Assembly: GCA_950097015.1 (NCBI GenBank)
Contig: CATNEN010000039.1
Span: 10,106,001-10,170,000, forward strand
From: Macrostomum hystrix
Taxonomy: Eukaryota; Animalia; Platyhelminthes
DNA: 64,000 nucleotides
Direction: 5' to 3'
The position numbers and the translations under genes are program-made. Position 1 is the stretch's first letter. Each line of letters starts with the position of its first letter. Below, piece by piece: positions 1 to 13,319 of this stretch. The notes beneath the pieces were generated by a model. That model was given only the letters and a program-made list of their open reading frames with translations. It had not been told where the DNA came from and did not search any database.

Positions 1-737
1 TATTTCCACAGGGGGGATAGCGTGGTCTTTCTTAACCGTTTAAAATTACAATTGTACAAAAAATACGGGAGACTGGTGAGAGATGAAGAATGAAGAATGA
101 AATTATATCAGAAAAAAGCCCATAGACTATGGAAAATTATACACGAGTCACAAACACTATTCTCGTGTCAGGGCAGATGTATGATCTTAAAATAAGAATT
201 AGAATATGACCTTGGTGGGCACAACTGTTAAGACAAAAAAATCCTGTGTAATGGAGAAGGACAAAGCACACCTGAAAGTAACCAAAATCGAAAACTCATT
301 TCGTCAGTAATAATTTCCCTGATTGCGAATATACGTGATTGCGATTCAACGAGAATATGAATTCTCACCAAATACAGAAATAGTCAGTCTGAGCTCGAAT
401 GCATTCTGAGACATCCGGTCTGTACACCAAGAGCCCCATTGGGGCAGAATTACAAAAGTAACTTGTAATTTTAAATTGTAAAAGTAACTTAAAAAAATTC
501 CTTTGTTTTAGCATCGAATAAAGCTAAAATGTCAACGAAGGCAAACGCGTTAATCTCTGCCTCTCTGCTACTTAACCCCCGTGTGCCTGCTTACTTATCA
601 GGTGTGTGTGTGTGTTGTGCTCAGGAATGGACTCAAACTATGTTGGGGCGTCCAGTTTGACTTCTCTAAGCGTTGTCCACAACACAAAAGTTTCGACGCG
701 TCCGCCAATGGCTGAGCCGCACGGTGGGCAGAGTAGG

Positions 738-744
738 TATAAAA
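738..744 (+). promoter_or_regulatory. TATA box of the neuropeptide-precursor gene
   Basis: TATAAAA about 105 bp upstream of ATG 843; a CCAAT lies at about 705. Confidence 0.5.
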
Positions 745-842
745 TAGCCGTTACTCCCAAAGCGCTCGCAGGCTGTATTGTGGACAATAAAAGTGCACAG
801 CTCGATCAGTTAAGGGACGCTGGATTTCAAGCTGCATCCCAG

Positions 843-3800
843 ATGCCTAGCAGCAGAGCATTTCGATGGCCGGCTAGCGCTGGTGAGTGAGAATTGAACT
901 CAAACTAATTTAACAAATTAATCAGTTTTCTCAATGCTATCCGTTCTCATATCAAATCCCATCTAAACTTCCCCTGGCCTAATGACATCCTACTCACCTT
1001 CAGTTTTCTTCTCTGAGCTTTCACCCCCATTAACTCACCCTTCATCTCCCATTCACTCATCTTCCACTTCCCATTCACTCATCTTCCACTTCCCATTCAC
1101 TCATCTTCCACTTCCCATTCACTCATCTTCCGCATCCGATTCACTCATCTTCCACATCCCATTCACTCATCTTCCACATCCCATTCACTCATCTTCCACA
1201 TCCCATTCACTCATCTTCCACATCAGATTCACTCATCTTCCACCTTCCATTCACTCATCTTCCACTTCCGATTCACACATCTTCCACCTTCCATTCACTC
1301 ATCTTCCACATCCGATTCACTCATCTTCCACCTTCCATTCACTCATCTTCCACATCAGATTCACTCATCTTCCACCTTCCATTCACTCATCTTCCACATC
1401 CGATTCACTCATCTTCCACTTCCGATTCACTCATCTTCCACCTTCCATTCACTCATCTTCCACATCAGATTCACTCATCTTCCACCTTCCATTCACTCAT
1501 CTTCCACTTCCGATTCACTCATCTTCCACCTTCCATTCACTCATCTTCCACATCCGATTCACTCAACTTCCACCTTCCATTCACTCATCCTCCACATCCG
1601 ATTCACTCATCTTCCACCTTCCATTCACTCATCTTCCACATCCGATTCACTCATCTTCCACCTTCCATTCACTCATCTTCCACATCCGATTCACTCATCT
1701 TCCACCTTCCATTCACTCATCTTCCACATCAGATTCACTCATCTTCCACCTCCCATTCACTCATCTTCCGCCTCCGATTCACTCATCTTCCACCTCCCAT
1801 TCACTCATCTTCCACCTCCCATTCACTCATCTTCCACCTCCCATTCACTCATCTTCCACCTCCCATTCACTCATCTTCCACCTCCCATTCACTCATACTC
1901 CACATCCCATTCACTCATCTTCCACTTCCCATTCACTCATCTTCCACATCAGATTCACTCATCTTCCACCTCCCATTCACTCATCCTACACATCCCATTC
2001 ACACATCTTCCACCTTCCATTCACTCATCTTCCACTTCCCATTCACTCATCCTCCACATCCCATTCACTCATCTTCCACATCCCATTCACTCATTTTCCA
2101 CATCCCATTCACACATCTTCCACCTTCCATTCACTCATCTTCCACTTCCCATTCACTCATCCTCCACATCCGATTCACTCATCTTCCACCTTCCATTCAC
2201 TCATCCTCCACATCCGATTCACTCATCTTCCACCTTCCATTCACTCATCTTCCACCTTCCATTCACTCATCTTCCACATCCGATTCACTCATCTTCCACC
2301 TTCCATTCACTCATCTTCCACATCCGATTCACTCATCTTCCACCTTTCATTCACTCATCTTCCACATCAGATTCACTTATCTTCCACCTTCCATTCACTC
2401 ATCTTCCGCCTCCGATTCACTCATCTTTCACATCAGATTCACTCATCTTCCACCTCCCATTCACTCATCTTCCACCTCCCATTCACTCATCTTCCGCATC
2501 CGATTCACTCATCTTTCACCTCCCATTCACTCATACTCCACATCCCATTCACTCATCTTCCACTTCCCATTCACTCATCTTCCACATCCCATTCACTCAT
2601 CTTCCACCTCCCATTCACTCATCCTACACATCCCATTCACACATCTTCCACATCCCATTCACTCATCTTCCACTTCCCATTCACTCATCTTCCACTTCCC
2701 ATTCACTCATCTTCCACTTCCCATTCACTCATCTTCCGCATCCGATTCACTCATCTTCCACATCCCATTCACTCATCTTCCACATCCCATTCACTCATCT
2801 TCCACATCCCATTCACTCATCTTCCACATCAGATTCACTCATCTTCCACCTTCCATTCACTCATCTTCCACTTCCGATTCACACATCTTCCACCTTCCAT
2901 TCACTCATCTTCCACATCCGATTCACTCATCTTCCACCTTCCATTCACTCATCTTCCACATCAGATTCACTCATCTTCCACCTTCCATTCACTCATCTTC
3001 CACATCCGATTCACTCATCTTCCACTTCCGATTCACTCATCTTCCACCTTCCATTCACTCATCTTCCACATCAGATTCACTCATCTTCCACCTTCCATTC
3101 ACTCATCTTCCACTTCCGATTCACTCATCTTCCACCTTCCATTCACTCATCTTCCACATCCGATTCACTCAACTTCCACCTTCCATTCACTCATCCTCCA
3201 CATCCGATTCACTCATCTTCCACCTTCCATTCACTCATCTTCCACATCCGATTCACTCATCTTCCACCTTCCATTCACTCATCTTCCACATCCGATTCAC
3301 TCATCTTCCACCTTCCATTCACTCATCTTCCACATCAGATTCACTCATCTTCCACCTCCCATTCACTCATCTTCCGCCTCCGATTCACTCATCTTCCACC
3401 TCCCATTCACTCATCTTCCACCTCCCATTCACTCATCTTCCACCTCCCATTCACTCATCTTCCACCTCCCATTCACTCATCTTCCACCTCCCATTCACTC
3501 ATACTCCACATCCCATTCACTCATCTTCCACTTCCCATTCACTCATCTTCCACATCAGATTCACTCATCTTCCACCTCCCATTCACTCATCCTACACATC
3601 CCATTCACACATCTTCCACCTTCCATTCACTCATCTTCCACTTCCCATTCACTCATCCTCCACATCCCATTCACTCATCTTCCACATCCCATTCACTCAT
3701 TTTCCACATCCCATTCACACATCTTCCACCTTCCATTCACTCATCTTCCACTTCCCATTCACTCATCCTCCACATCCGATTCACTCATCTTCCACCTTCC

Positions 3801-6346
3801 ATTCACTCATCCTCCACATCCGATTCACTCATCTTCCACCTTCCATTCACTCATCTTCCACCTTCCATTCACTCATCTTCCACATCCGATTCACTCATCT
3901 TCCACCTTCCATTCACTCATCTTCCACATCCGATTCACTCATCTTCCACCTTTCATTCACTCATCTTCCACATCAGATTCACTTATCTTCCACCTTCCAT
4001 TCACTCATCTTCCGCCTCCGATTCACTCATCTTTCACATCAGATTCACTCATCTTCCACCTCCCATTCACTCATCTTCCACCTCCCATTCACTCATCTTC
4101 CGCATCCGATTCACTCATCTTTCACCTCCCATTCACTCATACTCCACATCCCATTCACTCATCTTCCACTTCCCATTCACTCATCTTCCACATCCCATTC
4201 ACTCATCTTCCACCTCCCATTCACTCATCCTACACATCCCATTCACACATCTTCCACATCCCATTCACTCATTTTCCACATCCCATTCACACATCTTCCA
4301 CCTTCCATTCACTCATCTTCCACTTCCCATTCACTCATCCTCCACATCCCATTCACTCATTTTCCACCTCCCATTCACTCATCTTCCACCTTCCATTCAC
4401 TCATCCTCCACATCCGATTCACTCATCTTCCACCTTCCATTCACTCAGCTTCCACCTTCCATTCACTCATCTTCCACCTTCCATTCACTCATCTTCCGCC
4501 TCCGATTCACTCATCTTCCACCTCCCATTCACTCATCTTCCACCTTCCATTCACTCATCCTACACATCCCATTCACACATCTTCCACATCCCATTCACTC
4601 ATTTTCCACATCCCATTCACACATCTTCCACCTTCCATTCACTCATCTTCCACCTTCCATTCACTCATCCTCCACATCCGATTCACTCATCTTCCACCTT
4701 CCATTCACTCAGCTTCCACCTTCCATTCACTCATCTTCCACATCCGATTCACTCATCTTCCACCTTCCATTCACTCATCTTCCACATCCGATTCACTCAT
4801 CTTCCACCTTCCATTCACTCATCTTCCACATCAGATTCACTCATCTTCCACCTTCCATTCACTCATCTTCCACTTCCGATTCACTCATCTTCCACCTTCC
4901 ATTCACTCATCTTCCACATCCGATTCACTTAACTTCCACCTTCCATTCACTCATTTTCCATCCTAAATTCATTTAGCTCGTACTAAATTTATTTTTCTTA
5001 AGCCAGATGAATTTTAATTCCCTTTGCGTGGGCGGAAGTTCAGCCTATCAGCTCATTGTGATTATTATACAGTTATTCCCCGGCGCAATCTCAAATATAG
5101 AACAACTAAAAACAGATTTGGTCTTGCTTGTCATATTCCGTTTCTACCCAGTAACAATAGATTTCCTCCGATAGCGAATGATTGATCGATAGTTGAGAAT
5201 TGTGGTCATTGAAAACGTTATCCGACGTCGCATCTGTATGACCCAGCGGTCAAATTGAATGAGACGAATATTTTCGGTATGAGAGTTGAGAATACGGGTT
5301 GTTTTCAGGGATGAATTAGCGGGAGGGAGGGATGAAGCTAGCCCGACTACTCACTGTGCTCAACTAGACCATGAGTGACTGATGATGAAGTGCCAGGAAA
5401 GTATTGGCCCCACTGGCTGGGAGAATTTGCATTCCCGATAAGAGTTGATCCTATTATTCAATTTGAAATATTCCTTCGCATACACCATCAGAGCATCGGG
5501 CAGGACCAATCGATTTCATTTACTTTCCTAGCTCATTTATTGTCGGCTTGGGAATAAAAAAATCTGCTTGAGTGAAAATATAATCACTCATTTTCTAACC
5601 CGGATAATTCCGATTATTTTTCAGTTTAAGTCTTGATTTATGCTGACAAGTCTTTGAAACTATTTACAGTTATTAATGACAAACAGCTTAGAGTAAGTAT
5701 TTTCGTACTTTCATTGCCTCCCCTCCTAGATTGCTTGCATTACCAAGAAACCTCACTTCCAGATTACTCTTTCACTTCTCTCATAGGCTGATAGTCAAAT
5801 ACCTCGACCACCTCACACCTCACTCCCTCAACCACCTCACTCCCTCAACCAACTCACTCATTGGACAGCCTTAATCAAAGCTCTCATTGGTTGATGAGAG
5901 CTCACAACCTCACACTCCCAGAATACCGTTATCTTTACTCTCATTGGCTGATAATCAAACAACGCATTTTCTTCACGACTTCACTTCAAGCTACTCTTCT
6001 CCTTGCTCTGATTGGCTACATAAAAAACTTCTCGAGACAAAACCCTCATAAACCTCTGCCCCTCCCAGCCACAATAGCCGCATGGCTGCTGTTGCTGATT
6101 GCAGGGCTGCTGTGCCTCCAATTGGTGACTGTGCGAGCCTTCGCCATTCAGAGCGACTCGGAGTACTACAAAAACAAAGACTATGGCGTCAGCAAGTATG
6201 ACGAGTTTGACAACGGCTTGAAACGATCGGCATTTCCAACCCTCGGCGACTACATGCCGCTGGACCCCGAGAGCCTGCGCCTTATCATTCAGGAGCAGCG
6301 GCGGCAGGCCAAGGGAGGCCGCAGCTCTCCGGGCTTTCTTGGCTGA
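843..6346 (+). CDS. Putative secreted neuropeptide prohormone, 105 aa, exons 843-882 and 6069-6346
   Basis: Exon 1 reads MPSSRAFRWPASA+G|GTGAGT (phase 1) and joins ctcccag|CC (phase 1). The product has a hydrophobic signal WLLLLIAGLLCLQLVTVRA, an acidic spacer, a dibasic KR, then SAFPTLGDYMPLDPESLRLIIQEQRRQAKGGRSSPGFL-G-stop (C-terminal Gly as amidation donor). Confidence 0.75.
1045..4960. repeat. 22-bp minisatellite (ATTCACTCATCTTCCACYTCCC), intronic
   Basis: Tandem 22-mer with variants. It produces the 22-aa-periodic false ORF 982-4932. Confidence 0.95.
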
Positions 6347-6584
6347 CTGGCCGCATTTATCAAAGACCCGAGAAGGAGACAGTCGTTTGATTAATCGACT
6401 TGCATTAGTAGTTAGCTATTCTGATGCCTTCAAGAACATTCCTTCCACCTAAAGCTGTGAAATTGTTGCTCTGTGAAATCAGTGAGTGCCGTTGCGAAAA
6501 AATACAATGAATTTAGAGTTATAATAACCGTCTGCAATGTCAACCAGAGCGAATACATGACTATGCTGCAACTCATTTTTACTG

Positions 6585-7780
6585 CGGTTCCTGCTTCGAC
6601 TCCCTAGTTTTGATTTCTGCTTCGATTCTATTGCTATGGTTCCTGCTTCGATTCCGTAGATTTGACTCCTGCTTCGATTCCGTAGCTTTGACTCCTGCTT
6701 CCGTTCCGTAGATATGGTTCCTGCTTCGATTCCGTAGATTTGACTCCTGCTTCGATTCCGTAGCTTTGACTCCTGCTTCCGTTCCGTAGATATGGTTCCT
6801 GCTTCGATTCCGTAGATATGGTTCCTGCTTCGATTTCGTAGATATGGTTCCTGCTTCGATTCCGTAGATATGGTTCCTGCTTCGATTCCGTAGATATGGT
6901 TCCTGCTTCGATTCCGTAGATATGGTTCCTGCTTCGATTCCGTAGCTTTGACTCCTGCTTCGATTTCTGCTTCGATTCTATTGTGATGGCTCCTGCTTCG
7001 ATTCTATAACTATATTTCCTGCTTTGATTCCGTAGATTTGATTCCTGCTTCGATTCCGTGAATATGGTTTCTGCATCGATTCCGTAGCTTTGACTCCTGC
7101 TTCGATTCCGTAGCTTTGATTCCTTCTTCGATTCTATTGCGATAGTTCCTGCTTCGATTCCGTAGCTTTGATTCCTTCTTCGATTCTATTGCGATGGTTC
7201 CTGCTTCGATTTCGTAGCTATGGTTCCTGCTTCGATTCCGTAGCTTTGATTTCTGCTTCGATTCTATTGCTATGTTTCCTGCTTTGGTTCCGTAGATTTG
7301 ATTCCTGCTTCGATTCCGCAAATATGGTTCCTGCTTCGATTCCGTAGCTTTGATTCCTTCTTGGATTCTATTGCGATGGTTCCTGCTTCGATTCCGTAGC
7401 TTTGATTCTGCTTCAATTCTATTGCTATGGTTTCTGCTTCGATTCCGTAGCTTTGATTCCTTCTTCGATTCTATTGCGATGGTTCCTGCTTTGATTCCGT
7501 AGCTTTGATTCCTGCTTCGATTCCGTAGCTTTGATTCCTGCTTCGATTCCGTAGCTTTGATTCCTGCTTCGATTCCGTAGCTTTGACTCCTGCTTCGATT
7601 CCGTAGCTTTGATTCCTGCTTCGATTCCGTATAGCTTTGATTCTGCTTCAATTCTATTGCTATGGTTTCTGCATCGATTCCGTAGCTTTGACTCCTGCTT
7701 CAATTCCGTAGCTTTGATTCCTTCTTCGATTCTATTGCGATGGTTCCTGCTTTGATTCCGTAGCTTTGACTCCTGCTTTT
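6585..7780. repeat. 26-bp minisatellite (CCTGCTTCGATTCCGTAGCTTTGATT)
   Basis: Tandem units with variants. Confidence 0.93.
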
Positions 7781-8152
7781 TTACCGGTCTCTGCTAGAAT
7801 GATTGGATGGTCAATAAAAGATAATTGCAATTAGCCCGTCAATACGATGTTCATATGATCTTGAAGGGTGATTCTATACCTGTCTCAAACTATTCACGAT
7901 GCAAGGAAAGAAATTTTATTTCTAATCGCTGATTCTCTCATCACTGAAATCTAATCGATGACTATTGAATGACTGCATGGAAAGGGCTCATTCGTGATTT
8001 ATAAGCTTTCTTTCTTTATAAGCTTGATTTATAAGTTCATTCTTTCATTCGTGATTTATAAGCCATTAATTTGTAATTTTAGGAAGTCATTTCAGTTTAG
8101 GCGTGGCTCACAGTAATTCTAGTATCCTAATGTATTCTAGCATCTGTTAGTA

Positions 8153-10858
8153 GCCTTCTTTAATTGGTCCTCACAGACAGTGACTGTCCTTCTTTAACTG
8201 GTCCTCACAGACAGTGACTGTCCTTCTTTAACTGGTACTCACAGACAGTGACTGTCCTTTTTTAACAGGTCGTCACAGACAGTGACTGTCCTTTTTTAAC
8301 AGGTCGTCACAGACAGTGACTGTCCTTCTTTACCTGGTGCTCACAGACAGTGACTGTCCATCTTTAACTGGTCCTCACAGACAGTGACTGTCCTTCTTTA
8401 ACTGGTCCTCACAGACAGTGACTGTCCTTCTTTAACTGGTCCTCACAGACAGTGACTGTCCTTCTTTAATTGGTCCTCACAGACAGTGACTGTCCTTCTT
8501 TAATTGGTGCTCACAGACAGTGACTGTCCTTCTTTAATTGGTCCTCACAGACAGTGACTGTCCTTTTTTAACAGGTCCTCACAGACAGTGACTGTCCTTC
8601 TTTACCTGGTGCTCACAGACAGTGACTGTCCTTCTTTAATTGGTCCTCACAGACAGTGACTGTCCTTCTTTAATTGGTCCTCACAGACAGTGACTGTCCT
8701 TCTTTAATTGGTCCTCACAGACAGTGACTGTCCTTCTTTAATTGGTCCTCACAGACAGTGACTGTCCTTTTTTAACAGGTCCTCACAGACAGTGACTGTC
8801 CTTCTTTACCTGGTGCTCACAGACAGTGACTGTCCTTCTTTAACTGGTCCTCACAGACAGTGACTGTCCTTCTTTAATTGGTCCTCACAGACAGTGACTG
8901 TCCTTTTTTAACAGGTCCTCACAGACAGTGACTGTCCTTCTTTACCTGGTGCTCACAGACAGTGACTGTCCATCTTTAACTGGTCCTCACAGACAGTGAC
9001 TGTCCTTCTTTAACTGGTCCTCACAGACAGTGACTGTCCTTCTTTAACTGGTCCTCACAGACAGTGACTGTCCTTCTTTAACTGGTCCTCACAGACAGTG
9101 ACTGTCCTTCTTTAACTGGTACTCACAGACAGTGACTGTCCTTCTTTAACTGGTCCTCACAGACATTGACTGTCCTTCTTTAACTGGTACTCACAGACAT
9201 TGACTGTCCTTCGTTAACTGGTACTCACAGACAGTGACTGTCCTTCTTTAACTGGTCCTCACAGACAGTGACTGTCCTTCTTTAACTGGTCCTCACAGAC
9301 AGTGACTGTCCTTCTTTAACTGGTACTCACAGACAGTGACTGTCCTTTTTTAACAGGTCGTCACAGACAGTGACTGTCCTTTTTTAACAGGTCGTCACAG
9401 ACAGTGACTGTCCTTCGTTAACTGGTACTCACAGACAGTGACTGTCCTTCTTTTACTGGTCCTCACAGACAGTGACTGTCCTTCTTTAACTGGTCCTCAC
9501 AGACAGTGACTGTCCTTCTTTAACTGGTACTCACAGACATTGACTGTCCTTCGTTAACTGGTACTCACAGACAGTGACTGTCCTTCTTTAACTGGTCCTC
9601 ACAGACAGTGACTGTCCTTCTTTAACTGGTACTCACAGACAGTGACTGTCCTTCTTTAACTGGTACTCACAGACAGTGACTGTCCTTCTTTAACTGGTAC
9701 TCACAGACAGTGACTGTCCTTCTTTAACTGGTACTCACGGACAGTGACTGTCCTTCTTTAACTGGTCCTCACAGACAGTGACTGTCCTTCTTTAACTGGT
9801 CCTCACAGACAGTGACTGTCCATCTTTAACTGGTCCTCACAGACAGTGACTGTCCTTCTTTAACTGGTACTCACAGACAGTGACTGTCCTTCTTTAACTG
9901 GTCCTCACAGACAGTGACTGTCCTTTTTTAACTGGTACTCACAGACAGTGACTGTCCTTCTTTAACTGGTCCTCACAGACAGTGACTGTCCTTCTTTAAC
10001 TGGTCCTCACAGACAGTGACTGTCCTTCTTTAACTGGTCCTCACAGACAGTGACTGTCCTTCTTTAACTGGTACTCACAGACCTGTCCATCTTTAACTGG
10101 TACTCACAGACAGTGACTGTCCTTCTTTAACTGGTACTCACAGACAGTGACTGTCCTTCTTTAACTGGTCCTCACAGACATTGACTGTCCTTTTTTAACT
10201 GGTACTCACAGACAGTGACTGTCCTTCTTTAACTGGTCCTCACAGACAGTGACTGTCCTTCTTTAACTGGTCCTCACAGACAGTGACTGTCCTTCTTTAA
10301 CTGGTACTCACAGACAGTGACTGTCCTTCTTTAACTGGTCCTCACAGACAGTGACTGTCCTTTTTTAACTGGTACTCACAGACAGTGACTGTCCTTCTTT
10401 AACTGGTCCTCACAGACAGTGACTGTCCTTCTTTAACTGGTCCTCACAGACAGTGACTTTCCTTCTTTAACTGGTCCTCACAGACAGTGACTGTCCTTCT
10501 TTAACTGGTACTCACAGACCTGTCCATCTTTAACTGGTACTCACAGACAGTGACTGTCCTTCTTTAACTGGTACTCACAGACCTGTCCATCTTTAACTGG
10601 TACTCACAGACAGTGACTGTCCTTCTTTAACTGGTACTCACAGACAGTGACTGTCCTTCTTTAACTGGTCCTCACAGACAGTGACTGTCCTTTTTTAACT
10701 GGTACTCACAGACAGTGACTGTCCTTCTTTAACTGGTCCTCACAGACAGTGACTGTCCTTCTTTAACTGGTCCTCACAGACAGTGACTGTCCTTCTTTAA
10801 CTGGTCCTCACAGACAGTGACTGTCCTTCTTTAACTGGTCCTTACAGACAGTGACGGT
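8153..10858. repeat. 34-bp satellite (CCTCACAGACAGTGACTGTCCTTCTTTAACTGGT)
   Basis: About 80 tandem units with the internal palindrome GACAGT-G-ACTGTC and no spacers. Confidence 0.95.
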
Positions 10859-10859
10859 C

Positions 10860-11105
10860 GCACAGATACTGTACGCAGGCACACACTCACACAGGTGTGT
10901 ACATCTGCCCTGACTTTCTCATCATCAGGCAGTGTACATTTCACTGTGCCTTGGAGGTTGGCCCCCAATGGCGTAAATTGCACGACAAGCCCCCAAGCCT
11001 TCTCTCCGCGGCTGCACCCCAAATAAATGTGGCCTCGCCGTGGAATGGAACTTGGGGACCGTGGTGCGAGAGGCAAACGCTTTAACCGCTCTGCCACTGA
11101 CCCCT
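10860..11105 (-). mobile_element. tRNA-derived SINE, 3'-truncated
   Basis: Minus strand GGGGTCAGTGGCAGAGCGGTTAAAGCG (A box) ... AAGTTCCATTCC (B-box-like). The body matches copies at 23400, 32070, 39000 and 45249. Confidence 0.85.
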
Positions 11106-12374
11106 CTTACTGATCCTTACAGACTGTGACAGTCGATTCTGATTTTCAGCACTTGTTTAATGAATTTTCTTATTCAATGTTTGGCAACGACTTACTGTTT
11201 GCATTTAGCAATTTCGCATGGTTAAACACAAACGTGGCGTGGATAGGAAATGAAATATTAAACAAAAACCTACAAATTGTGCAGCTTTCTCTGCATGTAA
11301 ACATGTTGCATCCAGGCCCGCAAGTGGCACTAGCGTTCCCGGCGGGTATTTACAGCCATCTAGACGCAAAGCTCCATGGACAGTGGAACTGTGGAACCAA
11401 CTGGTTGTTGGAGACGTCGTCCAACTCATCAACAGACACGGTGCATGGAATCCTAGCAGTGTGAAGCTTGATGGTGTTTTCAGCCTTTGTACTCTCCTTA
11501 AGAGCTTTCACTGCATCTAGGGCCTCGCATTCACGAACAGCTCTCACTGCTGGAACAGAGTAGGGATCACGAAAATCTAAACCTTCAATCAGAATCTCTT
11601 CCAAGTCGCGCAATTTGGGTCATAATCGCCGCAGAAATCTTCCGCAAAGTGCAATAATTATAGGATTTATTAAGACTCGCTCTTCCATTTGTTCTTCCTC
11701 AATGGACGTAATTTTTCTTTCGCTTCTTCGCTCAAGTTTCTATTTTACAAGTATAACATACATGTACTTTTACCATAGACATCGCTAGACATGGCTCCGG
11801 GATTTATACTCCCGTATAAATGTATAACTCCGGGATTTATACATACTCCTCCTTTTCTTAGTGTGGCTACAGAAAAAAAGTCCTCGGAAGTTCGTAGGTT
11901 AAATGAGGGTTCACGCTAGATTCCTTGGCTCTTTCTTTACCTCGATGGCTTCGCCTCGGCCTAAGAAGCGCGTCCTCGGCCTTTCTCTCCCATAGAAACC
12001 AAAAGAACATACAATTATATAAATAAGCTAGAAAGATTTCTAATAGTACAACACAAAAGTTCATCTCACAAAAGTCATGCATGAAAAAAGCACAGTAGAG
12101 CTGAAATTTGACATAGACAAAAGGCGGGCACCCCTGTGTCAGCCAGCGCTGCCATAGACCGAGCCGGCTCGGACCTGTATTTTCTGCAGCATATTGAAGG
12201 GGCAGCGACCCGAAACGAAGAATCAAATCCAACAACTGACAACACTCGACTAAGCATTCTGGCCGATTCTACTCAGCCGTTGCAAACCTGATCAGCAATT
12301 CAACTGCCACCTGCCAGCTAATCGACCAAATCTAACTGGGCTATTCGGAATCGAAGCTGGCAATCTTGGCGACT

Positions 12375-13144
12375 ATGAAGCTGGTTATTGTTTGCGTGTT
12401 TCTTGCACTTGGAGGCATTCAGCTGGCTGATTGTATTAAATGTATCGAATCGAAAACTGCGAAGGCAAAATATCATACGTACAAGCAAGATTCAATGAAT
12501 GGTATTGAAAAACATTGTAGTCCAAGCACCACCAAGTGTCATTTGGATTATTATCGTGAAGTTCAAGCTCATGAAGTGGTGAGCGACCAAATGAATTCAA
12601 CTAATTTAATTAGCATATCAATTCGAAATCTTAAAGCAACAGTTTTCCCTATAAATTTTGCCCTATGCGGAAACTTTTTTAGCAACTGAACTATTTTAGC
12701 TATGGTTGCGGCGCCTGTCACCGTGTAAAATATTGCAAAGACTGCACGGGTGATAACTGCAATAAAGCGAGTAACTTCATCGATGATCTAGAACGTAATC
12801 TGGTACCATGCCTTTACTACACATCATTGTCTAAAGAACGGAAACCTCCAGAGGAAACTTTATGCTATCCATCAGAAAAGTGCCTTAAATTGATTGCTAG
12901 AAAGAAACTATCTAAGACGTCATTTCCAGCGAACACAACCATTATCGGCTGTTCACAATATCTGGATATAGATAGCCATGACTCCTTAGAACGCTACGAA
13001 TGTAGACCAAACGCAGAAAAAACTGATTGTATTGCATGGCACTCGAATTGGCTGTTTATATCCGTTTTGCTGGTCTGCGCGATGCTGATCGTGATTCTGA
13101 TTGCGCTGTTTATTAAGTTCTGGCTGAAAAAAAGAAAACGCTAA
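12375..13144 (+). CDS. Ly6/uPAR (three-finger)-like Cys-rich type I membrane protein, paralog A, 221 aa, exons 12375-12578 and 12683-13144
   Basis: Signal peptide MKLVIVCVFLALGGIQLADC; IKC...C..C...GCGAC...CKDCTGDNCN (LU-type CxxDxCN end); a second degenerate Cys module; a TM helix and basic tail. The phase-0 intron GTGAGC..tttttAG is conserved in paralog B. Confidence 0.8.
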
Positions 13145-13319
13145 AAGTCTCCTCTCAATATCAAAAACTGACCGATTTCCTTTGCAAATCTCAAGCATGC
13201 CAGGCTTGTCATATTTTATGAAAAAAAATATATATATCTGAATTCGGAATAATTTTTAACACTCCGTGCAAGCTGCACAATGATCACTTACACCTGGCTT
13301 TGTCACATATGCTGGGATT

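Noticed and set aside
982-4932. 1316-aa His/Ser-rich ORF
   Set aside because: It is the translation of a stop-free 22-bp minisatellite cycling through all three frames, and it lies inside the neuropeptide intron.
5861-6068. N-terminal part of the listed 161-aa ORF
   Set aside because: It has a TTG start and lies upstream of a good acceptor at 6068, so it is intronic.
8153-10858. CRISPR-like array (34-bp palindromic repeat; also the 36-bp and 32-bp arrays)
   Set aside because: Units are head-to-tail with no unique spacers, there are no cas genes and the context is eukaryotic.
11030-11105. tRNA gene (also at 32070, 39200 and 45249)
   Set aside because: No intact cloverleaf could be folded by eye, the B box is degenerate, and it is always fused to the same SINE body.
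11867-12257. Antisense ORFs repeated at 26302-26605
   Set aside because: Non-ATG starts; their similarity just reflects the duplicated upstream region of the Ly6-like genes.
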